The notes beneath the pieces were generated by a model that was given only the letters and a program-made list of their open reading frames with translations, searched no databases and was not told where the DNA came from. Positions 19,441-29,624 of a stretch of DNA of 64,000 bases are shown one piece after another. The DNA is taken from positions 32,001-96,000 of the IMG/VR virus record IMGVR_UViG_3300015371_000002; one strand, written 5' to 3'. Both the position numbers and the translations under genes were made by a program. Numbering within the stretch: position 1 is the first letter of the stretch; every line of letters begins with the position of its first letter. Source of the DNA: a virus.

Positions 19441-20937
19441 CTATCTCCGCCGTATCCACCGCCGCAGCGTGGCTTGGCCAGTCGGGAACATCTCGACCGG
19501 CATCTCTTCTTCCTCGTGCAGTAGGAAGCCGGCCTTCCGCAGATAGTCGGGCACGCTGAACTGGTCGTCGAGCCAGCCAAACTTGCCCCTGAACTCGACC
19601 GGAACGAAACGCGTGTTGCCGTCCATCGTATAGAACGGCGCCCCAGGTTCCAGCGCCTCCCACACCGCGCGGATTAGATTCCTCAGATCGTCCGGCATCA
19701 TGTGCTGTAATGCCCAGACGGCGAACGCGCCCTGGGCGGCCAGCTCACGATGGAACACCATCTTCTGGAAAATGTCCGGCGAGATGGCCGCGAACCGCTT
19801 TTGATCGCCGACGTATTCTTCGGCGCTAGCCCGCATAGACGCTGAGCCGTCAATGCCAATGATCCGATGGCGATGCAGCAGTGGCTTGGACAACCGTCCA
19901 ATGCCACAGCCTATGTCGAGGATGGTGCCTCTCGGGAACATCATTTTCCCCAGCAACCATTCCGTCTCTTTAACCCAGCGGTGAGCGGTGGTCAGGCCCT
20001 GGTTGGGCTCTTCCGTGAGGATGATGGCCTTCGCCTGCTCGATAGATGCCTGCTCGAACACCTCTGGACAATAATGCGCGGCGTATTTGCCAGCGGCTGG
20101 TCGGGTATCGATCAGCACGATCCCGTGCCATGTCTCATAACGCCACGCCGAGAAACCATGCGCCTCCAGGAACTCGTTCAGCGCAGACCGCACCGTGGTA
20201 ATCGACGACGTATCGTCGACCAGAAGATAGTCGGCGAACGGCGCGCACAGTTCCATGTCGCGGAGCGCTTCGTCGTGGTTATGGGCGCCGTCGATATGGA
20301 TCAGGTCATAGCGCCGATCGAGCGAGATCAGCCGTTGGGAGTTGGCACGAAACACATTGACCGACGCAGCCGGATACTCGCGCCGCAGCATCGCCTCCGC
20401 ATGTTCGACATAGCCGGTGACGCCACCGTTGGTGCCGTTGTCAGCATCCAGGCCGACATAGGTCGCGTCTGGCACGACAGACAGCATGGTCCAAGCGGAA
20501 TAGCCCGCACGCACGCCGATCTCGAGGATCTTCTTCGGCTTCAGCTCGCGACATACCTCGGCGTATACGGCGTAGTGCTGGTCTGAGTATGGACGATTGG
20601 TCCGATAGATATCGAGGAATTCGTCATCGGCGATGAAAATCCGCTCGGGCAGCACGTCAGCCATGTCGGGAACCTGGCGTTCCTCTAGTCCGTCATAGAA
20701 CGGCGTGCGGCCGATGCGCGTAACGTGGATGTCGAATAGCCGCTTTTCGGGATGGTGAACGACGACCAGGTCGAGCTCAGGCGTGCCCTCAGTGACAAAC
20801 TTTACACCGCCGTCAAGCTCGTGTTCGCCGGGACCAAACTGCGCTACGACGCTGCCCTGTTCGATCAGCGGCAGACCGCGATAGCGAATTTCCCCGACGT
20901 TACGCCAGACCTCGGCCTCTAGCTCTGCCTGCATCAT
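19441..20937 (-). CDS. Two-domain class I SAM methyltransferase
   Basis: ILEIGVRAGYS...DLIHIDGAH and second ILDIGCGIGR motif. Confidence 0.85.
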   Translation of the reverse strand: MMQAELEAEVWRNVGEIRYRGLPLIEQGSVVAQFGPGEHELDGGVKFVTEGTPELDLVVVHHPEKRLFDIHVTRIGRTPFYDGLEERQVPDMADVLPERIFIADDEFLDIYRTNRPYSDQHYAVYAEVCRELKPKKILEIGVRAGYSAWTMLSVVPDATYVGLDADNGTNGGVTGYVEHAEAMLRREYPAASVNVFRANSQRLISLDRRYDLIHIDGAHNHDEALRDMELCAPFADYLLVDDTSSITTVRSALNEFLEAHGFSAWRYETWHGIVLIDTRPAAGKYAAHYCPEVFEQASIEQAKAIILTEEPNQGLTTAHRWVKETEWLLGKMMFPRGTILDIGCGIGRLSKPLLHRHRIIGIDGSASMRASAEEYVGDQKRFAAISPDIFQKMVFHRELAAQGAFAVWALQHMMPDDLRNLIRAVWEALEPGAPFYTMDGNTRFVPVEFRGKFGWLDDQFSVPDYLRKAGFLLHEEEEMPVEMFPTGQATLRRWIRRR

Positions 20938-21086
20938 GCGGGCGGCTGCTCCGGCTCACTCGGTTGGTCGAGATGGGCATTATCTGGATGGCGGATAACA
21001 TCGATCTTGCTGTCATCAATGTTCAGCTCGCCGAAGCCGACGCCGGACGGCGTTTCCTGCGGTGGCTGTTGGGGGGCGTCACTCAT
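20934..21086 (-). CDS. Small hypothetical protein (50 aa)
   Basis: MSDAPQQPP...; ATGA overlaps at both ends; AAGGA SD. Confidence 0.45.
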   Translation of the reverse strand: MSDAPQQPPQETPSGVGFGELNIDDSKIDVIRHPDNAHLDQPSEPEQPPA

Positions 21087-21694
21087 GGGTATTCCTTCTG
21101 TATTATGAAAGCATGGAGCAAATCCGCCGCTTCACGCGGCACCAACGCGAGCATGTTGCGACTGACCCCGCCGGTTTGGCCGTGCCGTGCCACCAGGGTT
21201 GCGATCTGCAACACCGATGGCCACGCGCCGTTCTTACCGGTGAAGGTGTCAGCGTCATCGATCAGCACCGCGCATGACGGCAGCGGCAGGACCGCCTCGA
21301 GCTCGTCCAGGGTGGGGCAGTCATCGGGGCGGCTGCCGAACAGGCCGTTGACGTTATGCGCGTCGAGATAGAACAGCGCTGGGGTCGTGAGGCCTGCGGC
21401 GATCTGCGGCAGCAGAATGCGGCTGTCACCCAGCAGGCAATGCACATTGGCGGGCATCTTGCTCGACGCCATGCCGTGGAATGTCGGGTTGATCTCGATC
21501 GTGGTGACGACTTCGAAATGCTGCGATGCCCAACGCGCGGTAGCACCGAGAAACGCCCCGGTTTCGACGAAGTGCTGCAGGCCAAGACGATCACGGAGGG
21601 CCAGGACGAAGAGGGCCACATCGGGGTAGTTGAATTTCGACGATATGGTAAGCGAGAAGGTGTCGGCAATTTCCGTTACTGGAGCATCTTCCAT
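21083..21694 (-). CDS. Methyltransferase-fold protein
   Basis: FVETGAFLG, TIEI, GDS, FYLDAH, LIDD motifs. Confidence 0.75.
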   Translation of the reverse strand: MEDAPVTEIADTFSLTISSKFNYPDVALFVLALRDRLGLQHFVETGAFLGATARWASQHFEVVTTIEINPTFHGMASSKMPANVHCLLGDSRILLPQIAAGLTTPALFYLDAHNVNGLFGSRPDDCPTLDELEAVLPLPSCAVLIDDADTFTGKNGAWPSVLQIATLVARHGQTGGVSRNMLALVPREAADLLHAFIIQKEYP

Positions 21695-22488
21695 AAAGCA
21701 CCGTTTATCAGTTCATTTTCATCCCACTGACTGTAGGCCAGCGAGTTGAGCCATGGTTGGCGGTCGGCATAGCGCGGCTTCTCGATCTGCTTGAGATCAG
21801 TGCGCCCGACGAGGGCAGCAGCGGATGATGGATCGACGAACACCGGGTAGCCGAGGACGACCGCCTCAACCGCAGCGATGGAGCCGTGAGTGACAACGCA
21901 ATGGGCGCCCTTCAGGTCCAACTGCAGAGGACGATTGCGGACGTGTTCCTTGTCGCGGATCACCAGCTGTCGGTCGGTGACGCGGGCCAATGCATCTATA
22001 GTGTCAGCGATCCAACTCTCTATGCGATGAAACCGCGCGTAGGTGCGCGATGGTGCGGCGATGACGATATGCCGACCGCCCTTTTGCCACTCAGCAACGG
22101 GAAGCCGCAGAGCCTTCCATCGGTCATCGGGAACATCAAGGAGACGCTGGCATTGATATGAGCCGATGTGCCAGCGGTAAAATCCCGAGCCACTTCGGGC
22201 ACGGTTGAAATCGGCGCAGGCGTATATGCGAAGGAAGTAACCTCTATCCCAGTATCCCCATACCACATTGCGTGCGCGCCAATCGGCAATCAGTTGCGTC
22301 AGCTTCGGTTCACATCCGGCAATGGGGAGCAGTCCCTGGTCGGCATATTCGGCGAGTTGCGCCACATCGCCGCGCACCATCTTGCCGCCCGCCGCCGTTA
22401 CGCGGGCGCCTATGCGCTCGAACAGATCGGACTTCGGCTTCGATAAATTATCGCTCTTCCAGAACGCAACCCGCGCCGGATCAATCAC
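21676..22488 (-). CDS. GT-B glycosyltransferase-like (capsule synthesis-like)
   Basis: DRGYF; AHCVVTHGS.AAVEAVVLGYPVF; LAYSQW motifs. Confidence 0.65.
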   Translation of the reverse strand: MIDPARVAFWKSDNLSKPKSDLFERIGARVTAAGGKMVRGDVAQLAEYADQGLLPIAGCEPKLTQLIADWRARNVVWGYWDRGYFLRIYACADFNRARSGSGFYRWHIGSYQCQRLLDVPDDRWKALRLPVAEWQKGGRHIVIAAPSRTYARFHRIESWIADTIDALARVTDRQLVIRDKEHVRNRPLQLDLKGAHCVVTHGSIAAVEAVVLGYPVFVDPSSAAALVGRTDLKQIEKPRYADRQPWLNSLAYSQWDENELINGALWKMLQ

Positions 22489-22684
22489 CGACCGCCAACC
22501 TGTGCAGTTCGGCGAGGCTGGAATACCCCAGCTTGCGTGCCAGCTTCAGTTGATACTTCCGTAGGCGTTCGCAAATCCGACACGTCACGCGCCGGCTGCC
22601 GTTCGAGTTGATGTCAAAGCGTGTGGTGGTTACGTCCAGCACGTGGCCTGCCTTGCAGAACTTCATGGTGCCGGATGCCCTCAA
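22481..22684 (-). CDS. Small Zn-finger-like protein
   Basis: FCKAGH...R.TCRIC. Confidence 0.5.
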   Translation of the reverse strand: MRASGTMKFCKAGHVLDVTTTRFDINSNGSRRVTCRICERLRKYQLKLARKLGYSSLAELHRLAVGD

Positions 22685-23559
22685 ATGCCATCGCTCAGAT
22701 ACGCCGTTAGACCATCACTCAATGCCCTTGGCTCACCCAGCCCAAGGACGCGCCTGGACAGCTCGGGCGAGCCGGTGGAATGGCGGATGTCTCCCGCCCG
22801 CTCAGGGACGTGCCGCACCTCGAGCGGCTTTCCCGCAAGCGCCGCCATCATCGCCGCCAGGGCGAGAACGGTGGTCGGTAGGCCGGTGCACACATTCAGC
22901 GCCCCGGGCCATTCGACGCCCATCGCCGCCATCAACGCGGCGACCGCATCGGATACATGGATGAAATCGCGCGTCTGCCGCCCGTCGCCACAGACCTCGA
23001 CAGGCACGCCGCGTGTGATGCTGTTGCGGAACTTCGCCACCACGCCGTGGCAGCCTAAGCCGTAAACGTTAAACAGCCGCAGACCTGTGGCTTGGACGTG
23101 GTTACCGACGCTCGCCATCACCTCGGCGGAGAGCTTTTCCGCGCCATAGGGTGAAATCGGCTTGGGATACGCGGCTTCTCTCACCCGGCATTCAGCGTTG
23201 CCGTAGATCGCTGCGGACGACGCATAGACGATGGGAAGGATGGCTGACTGAGACGCGGCATTGAGCAGCGCCACCAGCCCGCCAACATTGGTTCGGAACG
23301 CGCGACAGCGGTCGTCTCCACGAGCGTCTGGCTGCACCGCTGCCAGATGAAAGCAGCCGTCCACGCCCTCCAGTGCCTCACGCAAATCCAGAGCGTCCGT
23401 GACATCGCCCTGGATTGCCTCGACGTCGGGCGGGAACCGGTTGCTGTTGGACAGGTCGTCCAGCACTCGGACATCATCGCCCCTGGCGTTGAGCGCACGG
23501 CACAGATGCGTGCCGATGAAGCCCGCACCGCCAGTGACCAACCAGAGGCTCAATACCAA
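22681..23559 (-). CDS. NAD-dependent sugar epimerase/dehydratase (extended SDR)
   Basis: LVTGGAGFIG, HLAA, ASSAAIYG, YGAEK (YxxxK), RLFNVYG, RDFIHV. Confidence 0.92.
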   Translation of the reverse strand: MVLSLWLVTGGAGFIGTHLCRALNARGDDVRVLDDLSNSNRFPPDVEAIQGDVTDALDLREALEGVDGCFHLAAVQPDARGDDRCRAFRTNVGGLVALLNAASQSAILPIVYASSAAIYGNAECRVREAAYPKPISPYGAEKLSAEVMASVGNHVQATGLRLFNVYGLGCHGVVAKFRNSITRGVPVEVCGDGRQTRDFIHVSDAVAALMAAMGVEWPGALNVCTGLPTTVLALAAMMAALAGKPLEVRHVPERAGDIRHSTGSPELSRRVLGLGEPRALSDGLTAYLSDGI

Positions 23560-24182
23560 TTCTTTCGGGCCCAGGGGAAATGCAGAAGATCAGGGCATTT
23601 CGGCCTGCCATGTAGATAAATTATTCTGGCATCAGGAGGAGGGTTTCCGTCGCCGACTTTCTGCACCTGAGCCTTATAGCTCAGGATATATTTTTTGTTC
23701 GGCCAGATATCCTCGATGCATCGCGTCTGCTGCCGTCGCATCCACGTCAGATCGGTTTCGCCCTTCCATTCGTCCCACACACGGCGATGCCCGGCAGGGA
23801 TTAGTGCCACGCCGTTGACGGTGCGGGTCGGAACATAGGGATCGCGGGATAGCGCGATGTCTTGCTGTGTCAGGCAATACTCGACAAATAGATCGCAATT
23901 GCCGACGACGATCGTATCAAGCTGTAGAAACAGGGTCGGTTCATCCAGCCGGTAGACCTCGGCCTGCGCGCCGTAATCCGGATCCGGCGTGACCATCAGC
24001 TCCTGGTGGATTTCTGTCTCTGCGAAATCGCGTAGCTCGTCCACGAAACACACGAAACGGAACGGCACGGTCAAATTGCGCTTGACCCCGCGATACAGCT
24101 TCTCAACCCAAGCTTCGTCATAGACCGAGAACGGATGGCTATGCTGATTTGGTTTCCACAACATGGTGGCTACGTGAAGCAT
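23550..24182 (-). CDS. GT-A glycosyltransferase-like
   Basis: WVEKLY...PFRFVC..D, LDT, IIYLHG.PK; paralog of 24876 ORF. Confidence 0.7.
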   Translation of the reverse strand: MLHVATMLWKPNQHSHPFSVYDEAWVEKLYRGVKRNLTVPFRFVCFVDELRDFAETEIHQELMVTPDPDYGAQAEVYRLDEPTLFLQLDTIVVGNCDLFVEYCLTQQDIALSRDPYVPTRTVNGVALIPAGHRRVWDEWKGETDLTWMRRQQTRCIEDIWPNKKYILSYKAQVQKVGDGNPPPDARIIYLHGRPKCPDLLHFPWARKNWY

Positions 24183-24889
24183 TCAGCCGTCTCCTTGGTG
24201 TAGGAGAATACGATATCCCCCGAAACTTCCGTGAGCCTGCTGCCAGGGAACATCTCGGACAGGTTCCGTAGCGCGCCCGGCCGCCACAGGAACAACGAAC
24301 CGTCACGCACCTGAAAATTCCAGCCATGGAAGCCCGCGTAGCCGCGCCGCTCGCCTTCGTCGTCATGCGTGCGGATGTAGAGCAGCCCGCCAGGCACCAG
24401 CGCCTTGACCATCTCGCAGATCGCCAACAGCGGGTCTGCGCAGTGATCTAGGGCATTGCTCGCGTGCGCCACCTCGAAGCTGTCTGGACCAAAGCGTTGG
24501 CCGATTTCCTCCGCCTTGCATTGGACGGTGGGAACAGGCGGCACTGGCAGCCGCAGTTCCTTCAGCAATTCTCGGTAATCGTCCGCCAAGGCATCGATCG
24601 GCGTCAGTTGAATGGCGTATTTGTCGCTGTGACAGCCGAGCATCGAGGCTGGGCCGGCGCCGACGTCCAGCACGCGCACCAGCGAGCCGGGAGGCCGGGT
24701 TATCGCCGCCTCGACATCGGCGTGAAACGGATGACGCCACACGCGATCGAACAACGATTGCATGAGCGCCGCTTCCTCGGGACCCTTCTTGCCCGACAGC
24801 CACTTTCGCCAATAGGCCAACTCGTGCGGAATACCCGACGCCCAGGCCCATCGTCGAGCGGCGTCGTCCTCCGCGTTATCCGATGCCAA
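24170..24889 (-). CDS. Class I SAM methyltransferase
   Basis: VLDVGAGP, FEVAHASNALDH..DP, LVPGG. Confidence 0.85.
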   Translation of the reverse strand: MASDNAEDDAARRWAWASGIPHELAYWRKWLSGKKGPEEAALMQSLFDRVWRHPFHADVEAAITRPPGSLVRVLDVGAGPASMLGCHSDKYAIQLTPIDALADDYRELLKELRLPVPPVPTVQCKAEEIGQRFGPDSFEVAHASNALDHCADPLLAICEMVKALVPGGLLYIRTHDDEGERRGYAGFHGWNFQVRDGSLFLWRPGALRNLSEMFPGSRLTEVSGDIVFSYTKETAECFT

Positions 24890-25583
24890 GCCAGTTCCGC
24901 CTTACAAACGGCAGGTTGACGAACTGCGCCGGGTCACGCGAGCCGGGGAACGCGACGATCCTGGCGTTGAGCGGCAGGTCAATGCCGTTCGGCCACGACT
25001 TCTTGCGAAACGCCCAGACCCCGTCGCGCTCGGGCAGATAGGCGCCTGCGTCCGCACCCAGCTTGTGCTCCATCCATGATTGATCGTCCGGGAAAATCGC
25101 GTAGGGCACCTCGGACGCCGCCTCGACGCTGAAATCGTCCCACACGTCTGGGCGGTAGCCTGCCGTGGTCAGCCACACGCTGCCGTTGAATAGCAGGCGA
25201 TGGTTGTTGACGCCCTGCAAGATGATGAACGCTTCGTCGCGCGCCAACAGCGGCGCCAGCTTGCCGACGATAACGATATCCAGGTCCAACACCAGGATGC
25301 GGTCGCCGATCGCCAGCCCAAGGTCGTTGCGCTGCCATTCTGGGTCGAACACGCGCAGCCGACAGAAGCAGCCCTGCAGCTTGGTCAGTAATGGGTCGCG
25401 GATAGGGATCTGATGCGATACGGAGCGGCCCAGGATGCGCGGGCGGTCGGTCACACAGACAAAGCGATAGGGGACGTCCATGTGGCGTTGCAGCGCATTG
25501 CCAAGGCGATCGACGTATTCAACGCCGTAGCGGTCACCCCAGAGAAACGTCAGGACCGTTAGTCTCGGCTCACCAGTGCCCAT
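24876..25583 (-). CDS. GT-A glycosyltransferase-like
   Basis: WGDRY..YV..L...FVCVTD, LDLD (DxD), NGSV, DQ.W, IVAFPG.DP. Confidence 0.75.
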   Translation of the reverse strand: MGTGEPRLTVLTFLWGDRYGVEYVDRLGNALQRHMDVPYRFVCVTDRPRILGRSVSHQIPIRDPLLTKLQGCFCRLRVFDPEWQRNDLGLAIGDRILVLDLDIVIVGKLAPLLARDEAFIILQGVNNHRLLFNGSVWLTTAGYRPDVWDDFSVEAASEVPYAIFPDDQSWMEHKLGADAGAYLPERDGVWAFRKKSWPNGIDLPLNARIVAFPGSRDPAQFVNLPFVRRNWLGIG

Positions 25584-25641
25584 AGTAGAAGCTACCGCTG
25601 CCAAAGAGGAGTATCAGCAGAACGCCAATCAGCAAAATCAC
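25570..25641 (-). CDS. Small membrane peptide (23 aa)
   Basis: GTG start, MILLIGVLLILLFGSGSFYYGHW fills the gap between two genes. Confidence 0.35.
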   Translation of the reverse strand: MILLIGVLLILLFGSGSFYYGHW

Positions 25642-25647
25642 CAACCC

Positions 25648-26184
25648 CTATTTGTAGATCACGCCGATGCCGTTGTTCACCCCGCCCGGATCATAACGCA
25701 GTTCCGAGTAGTGATGCCCAGCCTTGGTCTCGTTCCAGAACGCCGGAACGCCGGATCTCTGCCAGCAGATATCGTGGAAGGCGACGACTTTGGTCGCCAT
25801 CTGGCCGTAGTTCTGCCAGTCCTTCTCTACATACGGCCGCGAGTGATTGGCATCGATAAAACAGGCATCGAACGGGCCAAGGGAACGCACCTTGTCGATC
25901 ACCGGGCGAGACGTGCTGTCGCCCCAAACCACGGTGCATTCGCGGCCTTCATCCTGCAGCCTGCGGATCACGCTTCGCATCGAATGATACGACGACGCTT
26001 CAGGCGCACGCGGAAAATCCACGCCGACGCACATTGAGCCGTTTGGTAAGGCCATGCCGACGCGCCAAAGCGTCCCGCCGAATTTACAACCAATCTCCAG
26101 ATAGGAGCGCGCGCCGACATCCAGCAAGAGGTCCACGAACGCGTCGAACTCCGGCTCGTATTGCAGCATCTGGGGCGGCCACAT
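25648..26184 (-). CDS. Class I SAM methyltransferase (Methyltransf_24-like)
   Basis: YLEIGC..GG, GDS, FIDANH, AFHDI. Confidence 0.85.
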   Translation of the reverse strand: MWPPQMLQYEPEFDAFVDLLLDVGARSYLEIGCKFGGTLWRVGMALPNGSMCVGVDFPRAPEASSYHSMRSVIRRLQDEGRECTVVWGDSTSRPVIDKVRSLGPFDACFIDANHSRPYVEKDWQNYGQMATKVVAFHDICWQRSGVPAFWNETKAGHHYSELRYDPGGVNNGIGVIYK

Positions 26185-26185
26185 C

Positions 26186-26758
26186 TCAGTAACCCCGCGC
26201 CCAGATGGCACTTACTCCAAGACTGCGGCTCAGATAGCTGGTGTGAACGCGGCGCATCTCGACGGCACCGAGTTCGCGGTCAAGCAGCGCCATTTCTGCC
26301 TCATTCTCGTCGAACTTTTCCGAAGTCGCGCGCCAGCCAAAGAAGTTACCTGTGCGTTTGCCCAAATGACGGACCAGTTCACAGAGGTCCGCATCTCTCA
26401 TAACGCGTCGCAGTTTGTGCAACGTCGCCAGGCAAAGCGTTATGTCGTAGCGATGTCCATGAAATGGCGCGAGCGAGGTATATCCCTTCGACAGATCAAC
26501 CACCTCAAACTGCGACTCAACCTGGCGCAAATCCATGAACAGGTGGCGCGCGAAATCAATACCATCAGCGTAGTTGTCACAGCCATGCACCAGACGAGCA
26601 CCGTTGTTCGCCATCTCAAACCCGACGAGACTGCGATTACAGCCGATGTCCATCACCGACGCGCCGCGTGCTCGCAGCACGAGATCGAGGATACCGTCCA
26701 GACGGATATCGTGCGGTCCAGCCACACGGCGCTGCATGTTGCGTTCGTCAAATGCCAT
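26186..26758 (-). CDS. Class I SAM methyltransferase
   Basis: SVMDIGCN, YDITLCLATLH. Confidence 0.8.
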   Translation of the reverse strand: MAFDERNMQRRVAGPHDIRLDGILDLVLRARGASVMDIGCNRSLVGFEMANNGARLVHGCDNYADGIDFARHLFMDLRQVESQFEVVDLSKGYTSLAPFHGHRYDITLCLATLHKLRRVMRDADLCELVRHLGKRTGNFFGWRATSEKFDENEAEMALLDRELGAVEMRRVHTSYLSRSLGVSAIWARGY

Positions 26759-27414
26759 TAAACCCAACCCATGCAAAAATCCCCGCCTGCATCCCAATGC
26801 ACCGTGGCGCCCCAATCCTGCAGCAATTCGATCGCCTGCTGGCCAAAGCCATAGCGCACGACGTTCAGCGGCTTTTGCTCAATGAGAATGAGCGGCTTGG
26901 CATTCCGAATAACCTGCTCGCCGCCTTCGATAACGCGCAGCTCATATCCCTCGCAATCGATCTTGAGAAAGTCGAGCCCGTCTGGATCAATCGCATCGTC
27001 TAGCGTCGTCATGGGGCAAATACTCGGAGCGCCGACTTCCTTGGTTCGCACCCGCGCCTTGACCGACCAAGGGGGCTTGATCGCCATGTCGACCTCGCCC
27101 TCCGTCGCACCAAGAGCCAATTGGCGTAGCGTGACATTCGCGAAGCCGTTCAGATTGCGCACAAAGCATTCAGCGTGCGTGCTCACCGGCTCGAACGCCG
27201 TGACCCTGACAAAGCAGCGCGACATTGGCCATGACCACAGGCCGATATGCGCTCCGACATCGACGGCATGGCGGAAATCGCGAATATACGGCGTGCAGCG
27301 CAAAAACCACTTCAGCATATAGGTCGGGCGGCCAGCAAAGGTCGGGACGGTTTTGATGGCGACGTTTAGGTTGTCGTCGTAGTCCGGACACCACCAGCCA
27401 TTGACCAGTTTCAT
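26758..27414 (-). CDS. FkbM-family methyltransferase
   Basis: VDVGAHIG, AFEP, LDD, FLKIDCEGYE. Confidence 0.9.
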   Translation of the reverse strand: MKLVNGWWCPDYDDNLNVAIKTVPTFAGRPTYMLKWFLRCTPYIRDFRHAVDVGAHIGLWSWPMSRCFVRVTAFEPVSTHAECFVRNLNGFANVTLRQLALGATEGEVDMAIKPPWSVKARVRTKEVGAPSICPMTTLDDAIDPDGLDFLKIDCEGYELRVIEGGEQVIRNAKPLILIEQKPLNVVRYGFGQQAIELLQDWGATVHWDAGGDFCMGWV

Positions 27415-27502
27415 GCCACCGTCCTGGTCAAAATAGGAAATACCTAAGCGCCACAACAGCGAATGCCGCGACGCACAAGCCGGCAAAGATCCAGTAGTCC
27501 AG

Positions 27503-28147
27503 CTACGACTTCCAGATCAGCCGGGCGCCGCGATCAATCTCGGTCATCGCGAGCCCCTTGCCGAAGTATTCGTCGGCCGCCTTCTGGCTGCCCAACCACC
27601 ATCCGTAATCGTCCAGCACCAGCGCCCCGCCGGAAACCAGCAGCGGATACAGCACCTGCAGTTCGATCAGGGTAGAGGCGTAGAAGTCAGTATCCAATCG
27701 CAGATAACTGATCCTTTGCGGCAGCCGCGTTCCCCGTAGCGTGTCCTCGACCATGCCGACGATGAACTCGACCGACTTATCAAGCAGCTTGCGCGCGGCG
27801 AAGTTGTCTTTGACCTCCGCTAGTGGCGCCAGCAGCCAGTCCTTCGGCTTGTCGTGCGGGCGGCCGCCCCGATAGTTCTGATCCTCTGGACCGCAGGGCG
27901 GCATGCCCGCGAAGGTGTCGTAGCACCAGTATTTTCGCGGGCGATAACCGCGCCCTTCAACGTAGGCCTTAGCCAGGATCGGATGCACGCCGTGCCAAAC
28001 GCCGCACTCGACGAAATCGCCTTCGACGTTGCGCTCCTCGAGGCGGTCAAGAATGTCCATTGTCGCGATCACGCAGGGCTGGCGGGAGCCGAGCCGCTGC
28101 ACGTCGGTGATCAGCCGTTCCCGTAGCACCCGGCTTACAGAATCCAC
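27503..28147 (-). CDS. TylF/MycF/NovP-type sugar O-methyltransferase
   Basis: GDFVECGVW.G, YDTFAG, LRLDTDFY.ST, LDDY. Confidence 0.9.
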   Translation of the reverse strand: MDSVSRVLRERLITDVQRLGSRQPCVIATMDILDRLEERNVEGDFVECGVWHGVHPILAKAYVEGRGYRPRKYWCYDTFAGMPPCGPEDQNYRGGRPHDKPKDWLLAPLAEVKDNFAARKLLDKSVEFIVGMVEDTLRGTRLPQRISYLRLDTDFYASTLIELQVLYPLLVSGGALVLDDYGWWLGSQKAADEYFGKGLAMTEIDRGARLIWKS

Positions 28148-28243
28148 AGGATAAGTGCCGTGGCCAGCCCTATGCCGAGAATGACGAGGTATGGATCCGT
28201 CCGGTGGACCCGCCAGAAACGCCCCACCTGCCGCTGCTCCATC

Positions 28244-28558
28244 TCAGTCGGAGAACGTCGGGTTGGCGTCCGGGTTGGCAGGCCAGCGCTTGTGCGCCAG
28301 ATGCTGCCAGTAGCAGAACGCCCGGCCGTCGTTATCAATGCCGAACAGCAGGGTCACCTCCGGGGCGTAGTTGCCCGTCTCGACCACCGGCATATCCGGC
28401 CCCTCGACGAGGTATCCGCGATAGAGCGCGTCGCCCTCGATATCGCGGCTGGCAATGATTTTATGCTCGGGCGGCAGATACTGCTCGATCATGCCCTGGA
28501 CGAACCCGGCGTGACCGGCGACCCGGAGAATTCCCCTACGGTATTCTGTGCTGTCCAT
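28244..28558 (-). CDS. Hypothetical protein
   Basis: GGAGG SD; in operon. Confidence 0.55.
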   Translation of the reverse strand: MDSTEYRRGILRVAGHAGFVQGMIEQYLPPEHKIIASRDIEGDALYRGYLVEGPDMPVVETGNYAPEVTLLFGIDNDGRAFCYWQHLAHKRWPANPDANPTFSD

Positions 28559-28571
28559 CGTGACCTCCCTA

Positions 28572-28817
28572 TCACGGGAGGCGACGGTAAGGGGTCATCC
28601 CGAGTCCCGCGCAAGTGACCAGATCATAGAGCAGCCAGAGGATGAAAATGACGACGACGGCGGCTACGATGATCTTGATGACCTGCATCACTAGATCGCT
28701 GGCCATGCCAAGCATGTTCAGGAAATACGGCACCAACTTATATAGGACTGCAATGACCGTGACGACGATGACGATGCGTATCAGCAGGTCGATCAACCAT
28801 GGCAATGACAGGCACAT
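28572..28817 (-). CDS. Two-TM membrane protein
   Basis: Two hydrophobic segments; GGAGG SD. Confidence 0.6.
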   Translation of the reverse strand: MCLSLPWLIDLLIRIVIVVTVIAVLYKLVPYFLNMLGMASDLVMQVIKIIVAAVVVIFILWLLYDLVTCAGLGMTPYRRLP

Positions 28818-28820
28818 CGT

Positions 28821-29621
28821 CTACCTCCTAAGTTTCGTCTCGGCCGCCGCTAAGACTTCATCGACGGTGATGCGATCCATCGCTGCGGCGCAATGTTCAC
28901 ATGGCCGCAGCCGGCCACAGGCTTCCGTGGCACCGCCGGTAAGATTTGCATGCGCGTCGTAACCGAGAACCGATGGCGGCAACCAGCCGCCAAACAACAC
29001 AACGGCTGGCGTCCCAACCGCTGCCGCCGCATGGTGCATGCCGCCTTCGGCTCCAACATACAATGCGGCCTTACCGAGGATTACCGCAGCAGAGCGGAAT
29101 GATGGTGTTTGGATAAGCCAGACATTGTGCAGGCGTGGGACGTCGCCATAAACGAATTGCAACACGCGAATGCCACGTGCGGATAGCTCATTGACGACTT
29201 GCTGATAGCGGTCAACGGACCATTGCTTGTTAACCAGATATGGGGCGCGGATCGTAACATGACGTTTGACGTGTGGCTCGATGACCACGAACTTCTTTGG
29301 AAGCGATAGCCGCTCGGCGGCTGCTTCATCCCCAGCCGTAAAGAAGAACTCGCCGGGTTGCACGTGGAAATCGTAGTTGAAACGCCAACGGTCGCCTTCT
29401 TGCGTGCTATATTGACGACAGCCTTTGTAGAACCGCACCCATTCGACGTCCGAGCCGTTAAGCGGCGATCCTGGAAATACGACGTTGGGATTGTTGCGGA
29501 ACACCGGCTCGGAATTCTGGTCCCAGATGAGTCTTAATCCATCACCGAATGCGATGCGCTTGCCTCGCATACGCGCGCCCTTAGCGAAGGAACTCGCTAT
29601 AAGATTGTCCCCGACACCCAA
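28821..29621 (-). CDS. GT9-like glycosyltransferase
   Basis: MGVGD, KQW, EGGMHHAAAAVG.PAVVLFG, C..C...M..I. Confidence 0.85.
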   Translation of the reverse strand: MGVGDNLIASSFAKGARMRGKRIAFGDGLRLIWDQNSEPVFRNNPNVVFPGSPLNGSDVEWVRFYKGCRQYSTQEGDRWRFNYDFHVQPGEFFFTAGDEAAAERLSLPKKFVVIEPHVKRHVTIRAPYLVNKQWSVDRYQQVVNELSARGIRVLQFVYGDVPRLHNVWLIQTPSFRSAAVILGKAALYVGAEGGMHHAAAAVGTPAVVLFGGWLPPSVLGYDAHANLTGGATEACGRLRPCEHCAAAMDRITVDEVLAAAETKLRR

Positions 29622-29624
29622 AAG